Assembly (NCBI GenBank): GCA_942491995.1
Contig: CALOCX010000002.1
Location: 35,758-99,757, forward strand
Direction: 5' to 3'
Length of the DNA: 64,000 bases
Origin: an uncultured Gammaproteobacteria bacterium
GTDB lineage: Bacteria; Pseudomonadota; Gammaproteobacteria; UBA9214
A model generated the notes under the pieces. It saw nothing but the letters and a program-made list of their open reading frames with translations, was not told the DNA's origin and searched no databases. A program made the position numbers and the translations under genes. Positions 30,701 to 38,511 of this stretch are shown in pieces; position 1 is the stretch's first letter; each line of letters opens with the position of its first letter.

Positions 30701-32100
30701 GTGTCGGATAAAGTCGTTTGCTGCTGCAAACGCTCGTCAAATTCCTTTTCTGCGAGCTGCTCCTGCAACCGTCCAAGTTGCTGTTCATAGTCACTGGCGC
30801 GCCCGGAGAATTCTTCCTGGAGTGCCTGATACCGTTCCTGCAGCAGTGCTTCAGCTGCAGCTGCCTGCTGGTTCACCATAACGTCTACCGCAGATTCTGA
30901 TCCAACGGGGGCATCCTGAGCGTCGCCCGCAGGGCTGCCGTCAGCATCTGATTGCCCGGCAAACCCGGAACTCCCACCGTCAAAATCGACAACCTCTGCA
31001 AGTACCTCGATGGAATCTGCCGCATCTTCCCCGTCCACAGGCTCGTTGGCACTGCCTGACAGGCCGGGGATGCCTCCCTCCAGCACATACACATCAAAGC
31101 CCTTGTGACTTAACAGGAAAGCGGCTGATTCGCTGCGCCGTCCGGTGTCACAACAAATGATGTATTTCGAGTTGAAAACCAGTTCTGACAGTTCATCCCG
31201 CAAGCGGAATAAAGGAATGTTGACACTGTCTTCGAAGGCACCGTTCTCATATTCATCCGCCGTCCTGACATCCACCCAGACGGCACCATCATCCACCATG
31301 GCTGCGGCCTGTTCGTAATCCACCCGCTTGACCAACTGATTTTTCAGTAACTCCACAAAGTCCTTCTTCGCCAGCCGCATCAATAAGCCGTCAGTCAACA
31401 TTGATACTGTGGCATTACGCCTGGTGTTGGACACCAGGGCATCCTCACCAAAGGAATCGCCTTCGCCCAGTTCAGCCAGCAATTGTGGCTCATCACCGGG
31501 GGATTCCTGCCTGGTTACCACACAACGGCCTTCATGAAGGGTGTAGAAATAATCGCCGTTATCCCCCTGGCGTATAACCGTGTCACCTGCCTTAACCGGT
31601 AGCGATTCCATCTTGATCAACAGGCTCTGGATCATCGAGGGCGGTATCTTTATAAACACTTCAGACTGAAGGACGCGCGTCATCCAGTCTTTATTCGTTT
31701 CTGCACCGATTTCTACCACTTCCGCCGTACTGGATTGATCCCATGTCAGAAAGACATCGAGCAGGCTGGAGTCGATCTTCGCGATCACGACCTTTTTAAC
31801 GGCTCTCGCTGACAGTGATCGGGGTTGCTGGTTGGCAATCGGATAGCGGCTTATATCCGTACCAGCCTCGACTTCACTGGTCACCTTCCTGAAACCGTCA
31901 ATCAGGTTAACCTTGCCTTCCAGCAGATAGATTGACTGGTTATCCCTGTCTCCCTTGCGGAACAGGTAGTGCCCTGCCAGCACTTCCTCGATGATGATTT
32001 TCTCCGACACTTCCCTGAAGCGTTCCGCAGATAGCGCATTCAGCGGCACCAACTCTTGCAGAAGCTTGCTATCCACCGTTAATTTCTTCGCTGCGCGCAT
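27772..32100 (-). CDS. giant multidomain membrane signalling protein: 2x cNMP-binding, rhodanese, ~600-aa coiled coil, one TM helix, and a C-terminal FGE-sulfatase (SUMF1-like) domain
   Basis: N-terminal CAP-type effector domains (GEGDSFGEDALV...RRNATV). Rhodanese loop YIICCDTGRRS. A Q/E/L/R-rich heptad region from about aa 440 to 1040. TM helix WRWLGAAIGLCTVTACALAGWLFFGV. C-terminal LPSEAEWEYFTRAG...RVVRGGAYTS is the FGE/SUMF1 hallmark. AGGTGA SD before the ATG at 32100. Confidence 0.85.
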   Translation of the reverse strand: MRAAKKLTVDSKLLQELVPLNALSAERFREVSEKIIIEEVLAGHYLFRKGDRDNQSIYLLEGKVNLIDGFRKVTSEVEAGTDISRYPIANQQPRSLSARAVKKVVIAKIDSSLLDVFLTWDQSSTAEVVEIGAETNKDWMTRVLQSEVFIKIPPSMIQSLLIKMESLPVKAGDTVIRQGDNGDYFYTLHEGRCVVTRQESPGDEPQLLAELGEGDSFGEDALVSNTRRNATVSMLTDGLLMRLAKKDFVELLKNQLVKRVDYEQAAAMVDDGAVWVDVRTADEYENGAFEDSVNIPLFRLRDELSELVFNSKYIICCDTGRRSESAAFLLSHKGFDVYVLEGGIPGLSGSANEPVDGEDAADSIEVLAEVVDFDGGSSGFAGQSDADGSPAGDAQDAPVGSESAVDVMVNQQAAAAEALLQERYQALQEEFSGRASDYEQQLGRLQEQLAEKEFDERLQQQTTLSDTLREELDHLKHEFAEVSAQLNEKSGQVSGLEADNSALSGQLQALQRDNEILRTELRDAGVQQEEQREQLENLLADRQASEEAAQRQQSEWEAERAALQQVLDGEQQVVTTLREELSLALLQSSEDKSALEAELKAQLDKSNERIEQLEIKQLELKQDRSRQDDELQAVMAEREQLQQQHADSEAQKQQLQSGIESLKQEAESLASASNEQLQQLQSQLQEAREKTSAVEQSNEEKDAHLSSLQEQLALHGSESEAFQQERDILQQQLSDLRLQLEQQEERAKALEEENKLSVQKAHEDLTRKNDNEKELQGQIDRLRKKVEQQTTDHQKDREGAREDVDNLREQLHAERQARAEERSEMAARQRELKEQLASIATEHETNLSNHNGAIEQARNAARQEEQERVRELLAEHVETEDQIDRLQQELKKAHEEIAVLARQEKDRRKVDVDLMEEQNRQAVATISQLESQLKQYTEERDAALEEQQSLRDRMNALRGEVEVARGLMGVGEQVEDPAKLRNELNESKKNVEIALRLRAEAEAARDKLQQERDALRQQLDSGEVSSEPLHVPSLDKLEAVSGHPGPGPKARQAVLPVTPVDREQDSQKRSAVDDRRENKQWRWLGAAIGLCTVTACALAGWLFFGVDVPLFDNDAGRQLPVVTQPVAEPEAIVISESPATEVQPAAASVEMEIEQVAATVQESPPAVEHVTVQTSVPDKEQLQPQADEAVDVMSLAPVVAGRSYREKLQLGGQGPVMVELPAGSYEMGSVGNSLNFDEGPRHRVNVAAFSVGKYEVTFEEYDRFARATGRRLPYDESWGRGGRPVINVSWDDARAYARWLTEQTGQIYRLPSEAEWEYFTRAGSVASFWWHDDSNNLHANCFDCGSEWDSLRTAPVGSFEANDFGLHDVTGNVQEWTSDCYHGSYHGAPVDGSSWQFPECAMRVVRGGAYTSPLDSLRNAKRSQYDQDTRLDNLGFRVVREH

Positions 32101-32745
32101 ATTCACCTGGTTCAGAATTCAGTGATCGTCGTTATTTACCCCGTTCACGGGGCCCCGCCACGGCACTACACCGCACCTTGTTTATCGGCAAAAACAGCTT
32201 GAAATTAAGGAGATGAACTGTGCGGCAAGAGACGCGTAACAGGATGCAGGACACGACAGGATCAACGCCTCGCAGCACATTGGCGGTGATCAGTCTGCAA
32301 CCGCTAGCAGGCTATCGGCCACCAAGGTGAATTGCTGCACAGCGTTATACATCGCGCAAAATTAACTATATTTATGTTTAATATCAGTTGGTTGGACTAT
32401 ATCTCGGATATCAATGTCTAGTAAAAAGCAGGACCCGGTTAACATGTGGCAACGCTGTAGAAGTATCTGGCCACCTGCCACCAGGACTGCCGGCAACATC
32501 ACTGGCGGTCATCGTGACACGCTATAACCATTCACCCTGCATACTCTGACAACAATGTGGTTGCCGGGTCGTCAACAGACACATGACAGAACACACCGAA
32601 TAAACATCCATGCCGCCGTCTGCCGTATGGCGCTGAAGTACTGCTATAGAAGGTGTTTTATTAAATTAAAACCCTTTAACATTTCTATTATTGTGCTATC
32701 TTACGCGTGCTATTAATTTCACCACCTGAAGAGGAGCGACAACGA

Positions 32746-33105
32746 ATGGCTGTAAAAAAGAAAGCGACCACCAAAAAGAAGACCGCCGCAAAGGCAGCAA
32801 TGAAACCTACCACCAAGTCTGAAACACTCAACTACATCGCCGAAGCAACCGAACTGACCAGAAAAGACGTGGGTGCCGTTTTTGATGCGCTCTCGGCCCT
32901 TATCAAGCGCGACCTCAAGGGCAGAGGGAGGCCTGGTGTTTATACGGTTCCCGGCCTGATGAAGATCAAGGTCGTTCGTAAACCGGCTACCAGGGCACGC
33001 AAGGGTACAAACCCGTTCACTGGTGAAGAAATGATGTTCAAGGCAAAGCCGGCGCGCAATGTCGTAAAGGTACTGCCATTGAAAGGCCTGAAGGAAATGG
33101 TCTGA
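32746..33105 (+). CDS. HU/IHF-family DNA-binding protein with a lysine-rich N-terminal tail
   Basis: MAVKKKATTKKKTAAKAAMKPTTK tail, then the HU fold (SETLNYIAEATELTRKDV...VPGLMKIKVVRKPATRARKGTNPFTGEEMMFKAKPA). Confidence 0.75.
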   Translation: MAVKKKATTKKKTAAKAAMKPTTKSETLNYIAEATELTRKDVGAVFDALSALIKRDLKGRGRPGVYTVPGLMKIKVVRKPATRARKGTNPFTGEEMMFKAKPARNVVKVLPLKGLKEMV

Positions 33106-33120
33106 TTCTGCATATAAATT

Positions 33121-33150
33121 AAACGGGGCTGTTCGCGGCCCCGTTTTTTC
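33121..33150 (+). terminator. rho-independent terminator after the HU-like gene
   Basis: acggggc-tgttcgc-ggccccgt followed by TTTTTTCTC. Confidence 0.75.
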
Positions 33151-33187
33151 TCATCCTGCAAGAGCAGAAAGTGCAACGCCGCGACGA

Positions 33188-33640
33188 CTAGCCACCACTC
33201 TCCTGCAGTCTGGTTCTGATGAACTGCTTGTGCGGCACATACAGGAGATCCGCCACCTTCCTGACAAGATGCTCTTCATGTTTGTCAACATGGCCATCAG
33301 CAAATGTCACTTCCCATAACAGCCTGATTAATTCTATTCTTTCCTCAAGACTGCATTCAGTGGTTATCAGGCGGGTCAACGGATACAGCGACGTCATGTT
33401 ATCCGCATGACTCTCGGCAGCTTCCGAAATTTCAAGGGCCCGCCTCGCTGACACAGCAAAATAGCGTTCAATGATGCGCAGTATGACCTGCTCCTCTTTG
33501 TCACTGGTGTCGTAATCGGCACGCGCGACCTCCATTAACAATGCGACCGTCGCCATCCGCAGTGCCTCATCACGGTCGAGCGACTCTTCCTGCGCTGTGC
33601 AGATAGCCTTCTTCAACAGTCCCTGGATGGTGCCAAACAT
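33188..33640 (-). CDS. TerB-family (tellurite-resistance/DjlA N-domain-like) protein
   Basis: 150 aa. The helical TerB fold pattern LLMEVARADYDTSDKEE...LIRLLWEVTFADGHVDKHEEHLVRKVADLL. Confidence 0.65.
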   Translation of the reverse strand: MFGTIQGLLKKAICTAQEESLDRDEALRMATVALLMEVARADYDTSDKEEQVILRIIERYFAVSARRALEISEAAESHADNMTSLYPLTRLITTECSLEERIELIRLLWEVTFADGHVDKHEEHLVRKVADLLYVPHKQFIRTRLQESGG

Positions 33641-33650
33641 GAGTTCCGGA

Positions 33651-33962
33651 CTAGTTTATGTGTCTGTCGCTTTGATAAAGACCCTGATCGAAGTCTGTAA
33701 AAAACTCGTCGAGCAAGGGATGGCTGACGGGTTCATTACTGCTATCCTGCGTCAGATTTCGTTCTGCTACATAGGTCTCGCTACCCGCATCATGCACCAG
33801 CACGTGATACCAGGGTTCATCCCTGGGTGGCCGACTTTTTGCAACCTGCTCATACCAGTCATCAGAACCCAGAAACTCCGGGTCCACATCCACAACCACA
33901 CCGCGGTAATCGAACAGGCGGTGCTGGATACATTGACCAATCGAGAATTTTGCCTGTTTCAT
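33651..33962 (-). CDS. hspQ: heat-shock protein HspQ (YccV-like hemimethylated-DNA-binding domain)
   Basis: MKQAKFSIGQCIQHRLFDYRGVVVDVDPEF... matches HspQ. Confidence 0.8.
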   Translation of the reverse strand: MKQAKFSIGQCIQHRLFDYRGVVVDVDPEFLGSDDWYEQVAKSRPPRDEPWYHVLVHDAGSETYVAERNLTQDSSNEPVSHPLLDEFFTDFDQGLYQSDRHIN

Positions 33963-34094
33963 ATTAAACCCCGCTCATATTGCGCAGAAAATTTTCATTA
34001 CCTGTAAGACCTGAAAAGTGTGGCAAAGTTCGCCCGTCATATTCAGTTGCGTATAATAAACAACACCCCCTGGAAGCAACTGCGAGCAGACTTC

Positions 34095-34577
34095 ATGAAT
34101 AAACCGCAAACCATTGGTGCAAACAAGGTTATCACCATGCAATATTCACTCACCAATAGCAGCGGTGTTGTGGTTCGTGAGGCGTGTGGCAAACCAGTGA
34201 CCTATCTGCATGGCGCCGGTGCATTGTTTCCAAAACTGGAGCGCGAACTGGAATCACACTGCGTCGGTGACATTGTCACCGCACGGTTATTACCTGAAGA
34301 TGCCTTCGGAAAGCGTGACGTTGAGCTATTGCACCAGATTCCGCTGGTGGAACTGCCACCGGGAGATAACGTTGAAGTTGGCGGCCGGCTCATCGGCAAG
34401 GATGAAGAAGGCAATGAGATCACTTTTGCAGTGACTGCAATAGAAGATGGCATTGCCAGGCTCGATGGCAATCATCCGCTGGCAGGACAATCGCTTGTCT
34501 TCGAGGTCGAGATCCAGGGTATCCGCGACGCCACGGCGAAAGAAATTCGTGCCGGCAGGGCCAGCGACCCGTCCTAG
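34095..34577 (+). CDS. FKBP-type peptidyl-prolyl cis-trans isomerase (SlyD/FkpB-like)
   Basis: KVITMQYSLTNSSGVVV...HPLAGQSLVFEVEI: an FKBP domain with an IF insert. Confidence 0.8.
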   Translation: MNKPQTIGANKVITMQYSLTNSSGVVVREACGKPVTYLHGAGALFPKLERELESHCVGDIVTARLLPEDAFGKRDVELLHQIPLVELPPGDNVEVGGRLIGKDEEGNEITFAVTAIEDGIARLDGNHPLAGQSLVFEVEIQGIRDATAKEIRAGRASDPS

Positions 34578-35245
34578 CGCTCCATCAGGAAGCGGGTGCC
34601 CTGATAGTTAAGCTGGATGCTGTCCTCATTAATCGCTTCGACCACCGCGCCGCTCTCCAGCATCCCGCCTTCACGAAACTTCTGCAGGTCAACCAGGATA
34701 AAACGTCGTGCCGGGTCATCGTCATACACATGAACATCGATGTGCGGCAGGACAAGGCTACTGCGAAACTCCAGCGGCAGATCATCCCAGTATGGCACGC
34801 CATGTGAGGACGCGGGTGCCGGCGCTGCACTGACGGGCGGTTGCCGTTCATAGGCTGGCGCTGCAGTCACTGCCGCTGCCGGCATTTGCTGTACGACAGG
34901 CGCTGGACTTCGCACGACAGGCGGCAAATAGACCGGCTCTCTTGGTCGCGTGATATTGCGTGACGGCTGCACGGCAGCACTATCCGCCCTGGGAACCACA
35001 CGTTCAGGCAGCTGTTTGGCAACACCGGGGAAAGAGGCTTGCGGCGGCACAGCCACATCATCATTGCGCCCCAGCAGTACCGCCAGCAATACGCCATTGA
35101 CAATCAGCAGAGCTATCACCCCCCACACCCAGCGATAGGAACGCTGCCGGCGTCGCTCACCCCAATGGGCCGTCTCCAGGTCAGGAACATCACCCAGTGT
35201 GCGTTCACGATCAGCTTTTTTCAGTGCTTCGAGAATATAGGACAT
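34574..35245 (-). CDS. gspB: type II secretion system protein GspB/ExeB
   Basis: The N-terminus MSYILEALKKADRER is diagnostic. One TM helix and a Pro/Ala-rich periplasmic region. Immediately downstream of gspA. Confidence 0.7.
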   Translation of the reverse strand: MSYILEALKKADRERTLGDVPDLETAHWGERRRQRSYRWVWGVIALLIVNGVLLAVLLGRNDDVAVPPQASFPGVAKQLPERVVPRADSAAVQPSRNITRPREPVYLPPVVRSPAPVVQQMPAAAVTAAPAYERQPPVSAAPAPASSHGVPYWDDLPLEFRSSLVLPHIDVHVYDDDPARRFILVDLQKFREGGMLESGAVVEAINEDSIQLNYQGTRFLMER

Positions 35246-35252
35246 GGCAAAT

Positions 35253-36941
35253 TCAGTATGACTGGACCGACAGCAGCGGCACCCCTTCGCGGCCAGACGC
35301 GGTATTTAAATGAATCATGGTGTGCTTGCCAACGACACCATCCGCCACCAGGCCATGATCGCGCTGGAACGTCAGGACTTCGCGTTGCAGCGCATAATCA
35401 AACATCAGCGGGTCCTGTGCCGGTATAACCACACCCAGCGCAATCTCAAGCTGGCTGCGCATCCATGAGACCACCGGATCGCGGTCGCCAACGCGGAGAT
35501 ACAGGCGACCACCCGGTGGTGTCTGCAATAACAGGGTAAAATCACCATACCAGCTGCGCTCGATCTGCTCGGTCGGAAGCCGGTACAATTCATCGCCGAT
35601 GAGCACTTCCGCCACCGAGTCATCAAGGTGCAGCAGTACCACCGGCACGCGTATGCCATTGTCAGCAACCAGTGTCAGTATCGCAGGTCGGTCGAACTGT
35701 CGCAGGGTATTCCAGTTACCCTCTTCATCCAGGCACAGCAGGCCATACTGTTTGGCAAAATCGCAATAATCCGGATTGGCACTTTCCGGCAGCACCACCG
35801 ACCAGAGCGCAAACAATTCCGTCCAGGCGGAACGCTCATAGGAACTGTCAGCGGCTGCCAGCAGGTCTGCCAGTGATGGCTGTTCCGCTTCCTCCTCAAC
35901 CGCGGCCGCAGCCTCTTCGACAGGTCGCTGCTGTTCCATCGCAGCAACCACTGCAGCGCTACTGTCCGTTGCAGATAAGCTGGCCGGCTTATCCGTTACC
36001 GCGGCTGCTGTTACTGTTTCACCGTCAGGACGCTTCCAGGGCTGGTACCACGCAGCCACGGCAATCACCAGCAGCAACGACAGCGCACCCAGCAACAAAG
36101 GCAGCCGGCTGCGATGAATAGTTTCATCGCTATCGACGGCCAGCACCTCGCTGGCAGCCTTTTTGACAACCTTTACATCCACCTGGGTCTTGCCCTCAAC
36201 ATAGGCACCCAGCATGGAACGATCACTGAGGACATTGATCAGCCGCGGTATACCACCGGACAGCTGCTGTATCTTGTCAACCGCACGTTTGTTAAAGACT
36301 GTCTGGCTGGAACCGCAGATCTGCAAGCGATGCTTGATATAGGCGCTGGTCTCGTCACGGCTGATCGGCTCAAGGTGATAGCGTGCCGTAACTCGCTGAG
36401 CGAGCTGTCGCATATCATCGCGCGCCAACAGGGTACGCAGCTCCGGCTGCCCGATTAAAATAATCTGCAACAGCTTCTGGGTGGCCGTCTCCAGGTTAGT
36501 CAGCAGGCGCACCTGTTCCAGCACGTCGGTGCTCAGGTTCTGTGCCTCATCAATAATCAGCACCGTGTGCCGGCCGCGCGCGTAGGCATCAAGCAAGTAG
36601 CGGTTGAGCACGTCGGTGAGCAATTTGACACTTACATTATCAGCATCGTAGCTCACGCCTAGTTCATCGCAGACCGTGGCAATCAGCTCGATGGACGTGA
36701 CCTTGGGATTCAGTACCACCGCAAGATCCACATTCTCCGGTATCTGTTCCAGCAAACAGCGACAGATGGTCGTCTTGCCGGTTCCCACCTCGCCGGTCAA
36801 CTGCACAAAACCACCGCCGTCACCCAGGCCGTAGAGTAAATGAGCCAGCGCCTCTCGATGACGCGCACTCATGTACAGGAAGCGCGGGTCAGGCGTTATG
36901 GAAAACGGCCGTTCGGTCAGATTGAAATGCTCAAGATACAT
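35253..36941 (-). CDS. gspA: type II secretion ATPase-like protein GspA/ExeA (AAA+ with a C-terminal peptidoglycan-binding domain)
   Basis: Walker A GEVGTGKTT, a TM segment, and a C-terminal PG_binding_1 motif (DYALQREVLTFQRDHGLVADGVVGKHT). Confidence 0.8.
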   Translation of the reverse strand: MYLEHFNLTERPFSITPDPRFLYMSARHREALAHLLYGLGDGGGFVQLTGEVGTGKTTICRCLLEQIPENVDLAVVLNPKVTSIELIATVCDELGVSYDADNVSVKLLTDVLNRYLLDAYARGRHTVLIIDEAQNLSTDVLEQVRLLTNLETATQKLLQIILIGQPELRTLLARDDMRQLAQRVTARYHLEPISRDETSAYIKHRLQICGSSQTVFNKRAVDKIQQLSGGIPRLINVLSDRSMLGAYVEGKTQVDVKVVKKAASEVLAVDSDETIHRSRLPLLLGALSLLLVIAVAAWYQPWKRPDGETVTAAAVTDKPASLSATDSSAAVVAAMEQQRPVEEAAAAVEEEAEQPSLADLLAAADSSYERSAWTELFALWSVVLPESANPDYCDFAKQYGLLCLDEEGNWNTLRQFDRPAILTLVADNGIRVPVVLLHLDDSVAEVLIGDELYRLPTEQIERSWYGDFTLLLQTPPGGRLYLRVGDRDPVVSWMRSQLEIALGVVIPAQDPLMFDYALQREVLTFQRDHGLVADGVVGKHTMIHLNTASGREGVPLLSVQSY

Positions 36942-37397
36942 ATCGTGTCAATGTGCAGCCCGTTACGGCTGTTCGCTTGCGGCCCGGGGCAGATCGGCCA
37001 TTCCCTCGCATACTCGCTGCCAGTGCCATTGGCCCCGAATGAGCGGAAAACCGTACCATACCCGTGAAAGCGAATAATATCCTTTCTTTACTGCCTGTTG
37101 CGACACGAATCGTGTTTTATTCAAGCACGACGGCGGTAACCGTCAGCAACCTGGCGACTGGGCTGGAACGTGAACAATGAAGGGTTTGAAAAATCGTGAC
37201 AGCCATAGACATGCACGCCTATCTGCATCAAGCAGGCAGGCCATTATTTTGACGATTGGAACGATGGGCCCATCGAGGCAAGCAGCGAGTGGCTGGCGAG
37301 GGTGGTGACAACAGAGGGACAGATGTAACTTTATCGCGCTGGAAAGCGCCCTGCCCCCGCATGACTGCGGGCACAGGGCATAGCCGTGACAGATTAT

Positions 37398-37628
37398 TCA
37401 GAAATCCCGGGCAACCTCATCATGCGGCTCTGCATTGACCGGGGAGTGCAGCACCAGGTCCATGCCATGCCAGCTATCAACGTCGATTGAGTCGCGCTTG
37501 CCGCTGATATCCTCCAGCACGATGCGGCGTCGTTTGCCGGCCAGATAGACAATTGCACGAACCTGTATCAATTGCCCGGAGAAATTACTGTACCAGTAGC
37601 CGGGAATCGGTTTTTGTTGCAGCAGCAT
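37398..37628 (-). CDS. small hypothetical protein, paralog of 25101..25388
   Basis: GGAGG as SD. PIPGYWYSNFSGQLIQV...IDVDSWHGMDLV is paralogous to GDWYRSINGDKFEIV...IDFDSWNEMEVI. Confidence 0.5.
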   Translation of the reverse strand: MLLQQKPIPGYWYSNFSGQLIQVRAIVYLAGKRRRIVLEDISGKRDSIDVDSWHGMDLVLHSPVNAEPHDEVARDF

Positions 37629-37750
37629 CCTGCCTCCATGCTCCAGGATTCAAGCCTCCTGGCAGACTGTTATTTTTATCAACGCCACTGAGCGGCGACT
37701 TAGGTATATTTATAGACAAACAACAGCCTTACTGCAATCGGTCGAAGGTA

Positions 37751-38476
37751 CTAGCCGCACTTGGATTCACCACAATTCAGGCAGGTCAGGCAACCATCCA
37801 TCTTTACCGCGGCCTTGGTATGACACTTGATGCACAGTTGCGCACCTTCCGGAAACTCGCCATCGTCCTGCTTGCCCGGTGTGCCCTTGCCTGTGCCCGC
37901 AGCGGCCTCAAACTGGACGCGTTTCTCGGCAATCAGTTTTTTCTGGTGCTCATCAAGGCCATCATCCTTCAGCAAACCAATCATGCGCATATGGCACTCG
38001 ATGGCATCACCGATCTCGGCAACCAGGGAGGGCATGTACTTGCCGCCTTTCTTGAAATAACCACCACGAGGATCGAACACCGAACGCAACTCTTCCACCA
38101 GAAAGGTCACATCCCCACCCTTTCTGAACACGGCTGAAATAATCCGCGTCAATGCCACGATCCACTGGAAGTGGTCCATGTTCTTGGAGTTGATGAATAT
38201 TTCAAACGGGCGACGCAATTCATTCTCAGTGCCATTATTCAGAATGATGTCGTTGATCGTCACATACAGGGCATGCTCGGACAGCGGCGTCTTGACCTTG
38301 TAGGTCGAGCCGATCAACATCTCCGGACGCATCAGCTTTTCATGCAGTTGCACCACGTTATCTTCAGCCTGCGGCTTTGCAACCGCCGCGGCCGACGTGG
38401 TGTCTGCAGCAGCATCCGCTTCGCCGTTGCCGCCAACCTTGTAAGCTACAATTTTCCTGTCAATTTGTATTGCCAT
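37751..38476 (-). CDS. nrdJb: class II ribonucleotide reductase, small split component NrdJb (TSCPD domain with a C-terminal Zn ribbon)
   Basis: Directly downstream of nrdJa. The C-terminus is CIKCHTKAAVKMDGCLTCLNCGESKCG. A split NrdJ also occurs in Pseudomonas. Confidence 0.75.
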   Translation of the reverse strand: MAIQIDRKIVAYKVGGNGEADAAADTTSAAAVAKPQAEDNVVQLHEKLMRPEMLIGSTYKVKTPLSEHALYVTINDIILNNGTENELRRPFEIFINSKNMDHFQWIVALTRIISAVFRKGGDVTFLVEELRSVFDPRGGYFKKGGKYMPSLVAEIGDAIECHMRMIGLLKDDGLDEHQKKLIAEKRVQFEAAAGTGKGTPGKQDDGEFPEGAQLCIKCHTKAAVKMDGCLTCLNCGESKCG

Positions 38477-38511
38477 GGGTTTCTCCTGCGTATTCGTGTC
38501 TCTGCGGTGAT

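Noticed and set aside
28763-30790. several 200-aa plus-strand ORFs rich in Ser, Cys and Ala
   Set aside because: They are antisense to the coiled-coil region of the giant gene. The low-complexity composition mirrors the GAG/CAG/CTG codon repeats on the coding strand.
32200-32232. 8-codon mini-ORF (MNCAARDA) with an AAGGAG SD in the 640-bp region upstream of the HU-like gene
   Set aside because: It is too short, nothing suggests it is conserved, and it is not positioned as a leader for either flanking gene.
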